The notes below the pieces were generated by a model, which searched no databases, was not told the origin of the DNA, and worked only from the letters and a program-made list of their open reading frames with translations. Below are positions 62,985 to 64,000 of a stretch of 64,000 nucleotides of DNA, one piece after another. Origin of the DNA: Octopus vulgaris (lineage: Eukaryota); NCBI GenBank assembly GCA_951406725.2, contig OX597822.1, positions 93,186,001-93,250,000 of the forward strand, read 5' to 3'. Positions within the stretch are counted from its first letter, which is position 1. Each line of letters opens with the position of its first letter. Position numbers and translations under genes: made by a program.

Positions 62985-64000
62985 ACACCTGCAAATGCTC
63001 CATCCTTACTGCAGCACTTATTTGTACCACGTACTTCTCAAGATTTTTGCTCACTGTTCCCGGGGCTCCGACACTTATTGGTACTACTACCACCTTTTTC
63101 ATCGACCACAACTGCTTAACCTCCCACGCTAACCTGTCATATCTGTCGACTTTCCTTTCTTATCGCATACCTTGTTGTCAGCTGGGCATGCTATATCTAT
63201 GATCCAGCATAGTTTGTTTTCTTTTTCAATTAAGACTATGTCTGGATTCTTATTCTCTATCTCATGCTATTGAGCAGAATATTTGCTGTCTTTTATACCA
63301 AGACAAAGCAATGTACAAAACAATGATAACACTTCCAATCAGTTAAAATCAGAAGCCATGAGAGCCACTGCCTGGTACTGCATCAGGGCAGTATCATTGT
63401 TGTTGTTGCTGTTGCTGCTGTTGCTGTTGTTGCTGCTACTGTTGTGTTGTTGTTGTTGTTGTTGCTGCTGTTGCTGCCCTGTTGTTGTTGCTGTTGTTGT
63501 TGCTGTTGTTGTTGTTGTTGTTTCTTTTCCATCTTTATGGATGATCACGATATTTGGTCGTCTTGCTTCTATGACTTGGTCGCACTGCATGTTAAAATCC
63601 CAGAGTATTTCGTAATGTTCGTTTTTCATTACTCCTTCTGGCTTGTGTCCATACCATTGTTCGGCTCTCTTGAGGCTCGTTTTACCGCTCAACAGCAAAT
63701 GGACATATCTGGCCACATTGTCGTGTTTTCTTTTGTATTCTCGTTGTGCGAGATTACAGCACTCACTGACAATATGGCTTATACTTTCTTCTTTCTCAGA
63801 GCACATCCTACACAGTAGCGAGTCAGTGCTTTTATCGATGTGATACTTGGAGTAGCTTGTTCTGAGAGCTTGTTCGTGAGCACTGCTCACTAATGTCTCA
63901 GTGGGCCCTTTTAAGTCTCTTTTCTGCAGCCGTTGTCAGGTTCTATTCCATCAATCTCATTTTTATTTTCCCAGACTGACTGTGCATTTTCTTGTCCTGC
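62985..64000 (-). mobile_element. Second R4/Dong-type element fragment (CCHC plus RLE region), interrupted by microsatellite and a family D fragment (63270-63392)
   Basis: AHEQALRT, CRMCSEKEESISHIVSEC, KHDNVARYVH, ILWDF and RRPNIVII. Continues as IDIACPADNKV near 63200. Confidence 0.85.

Overview
Repeat-dominated eukaryotic DNA. The SINE families, microsatellite density and TE mix look like an Octopus (coleoid cephalopod) genome; this is inferred, not database-confirmed. No intact protein-coding gene was found. Main contents: (1) a near full-length but disrupted R4/Dong-type RLE retrotransposon sitting in (AAT)n; (2) decayed mariner, DD37D/maT, hAT, Helitron, RTE, CR1/L2 and Penelope fragments, plus many tRNA-type SINEs; (3) an apparently orphan, frameshifted last coding exon of F-actin capping protein beta (CAPZB) at 31516-31681; (4) a 10.5-kb block with no SINE or microsatellite insertions (about 18480-28985), built from six abutting tandem-repeat families, several palindromic, including a CRISPR-like array of about 20 conserved double-hairpin repeats separated by variable 10-mer runs; (5) three type-I hammerhead ribozyme motifs with intact cores and two or three degenerate ones, in short microsatellite-embedded Penelope pLTR/retrozyme-like units, one with a 29-nt terminal redundancy. 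Most ORFs in the supplied track are microsatellite or satellite artefacts. Repeat boundaries were read by eye and are approximate unless a TIR or TSD is cited.
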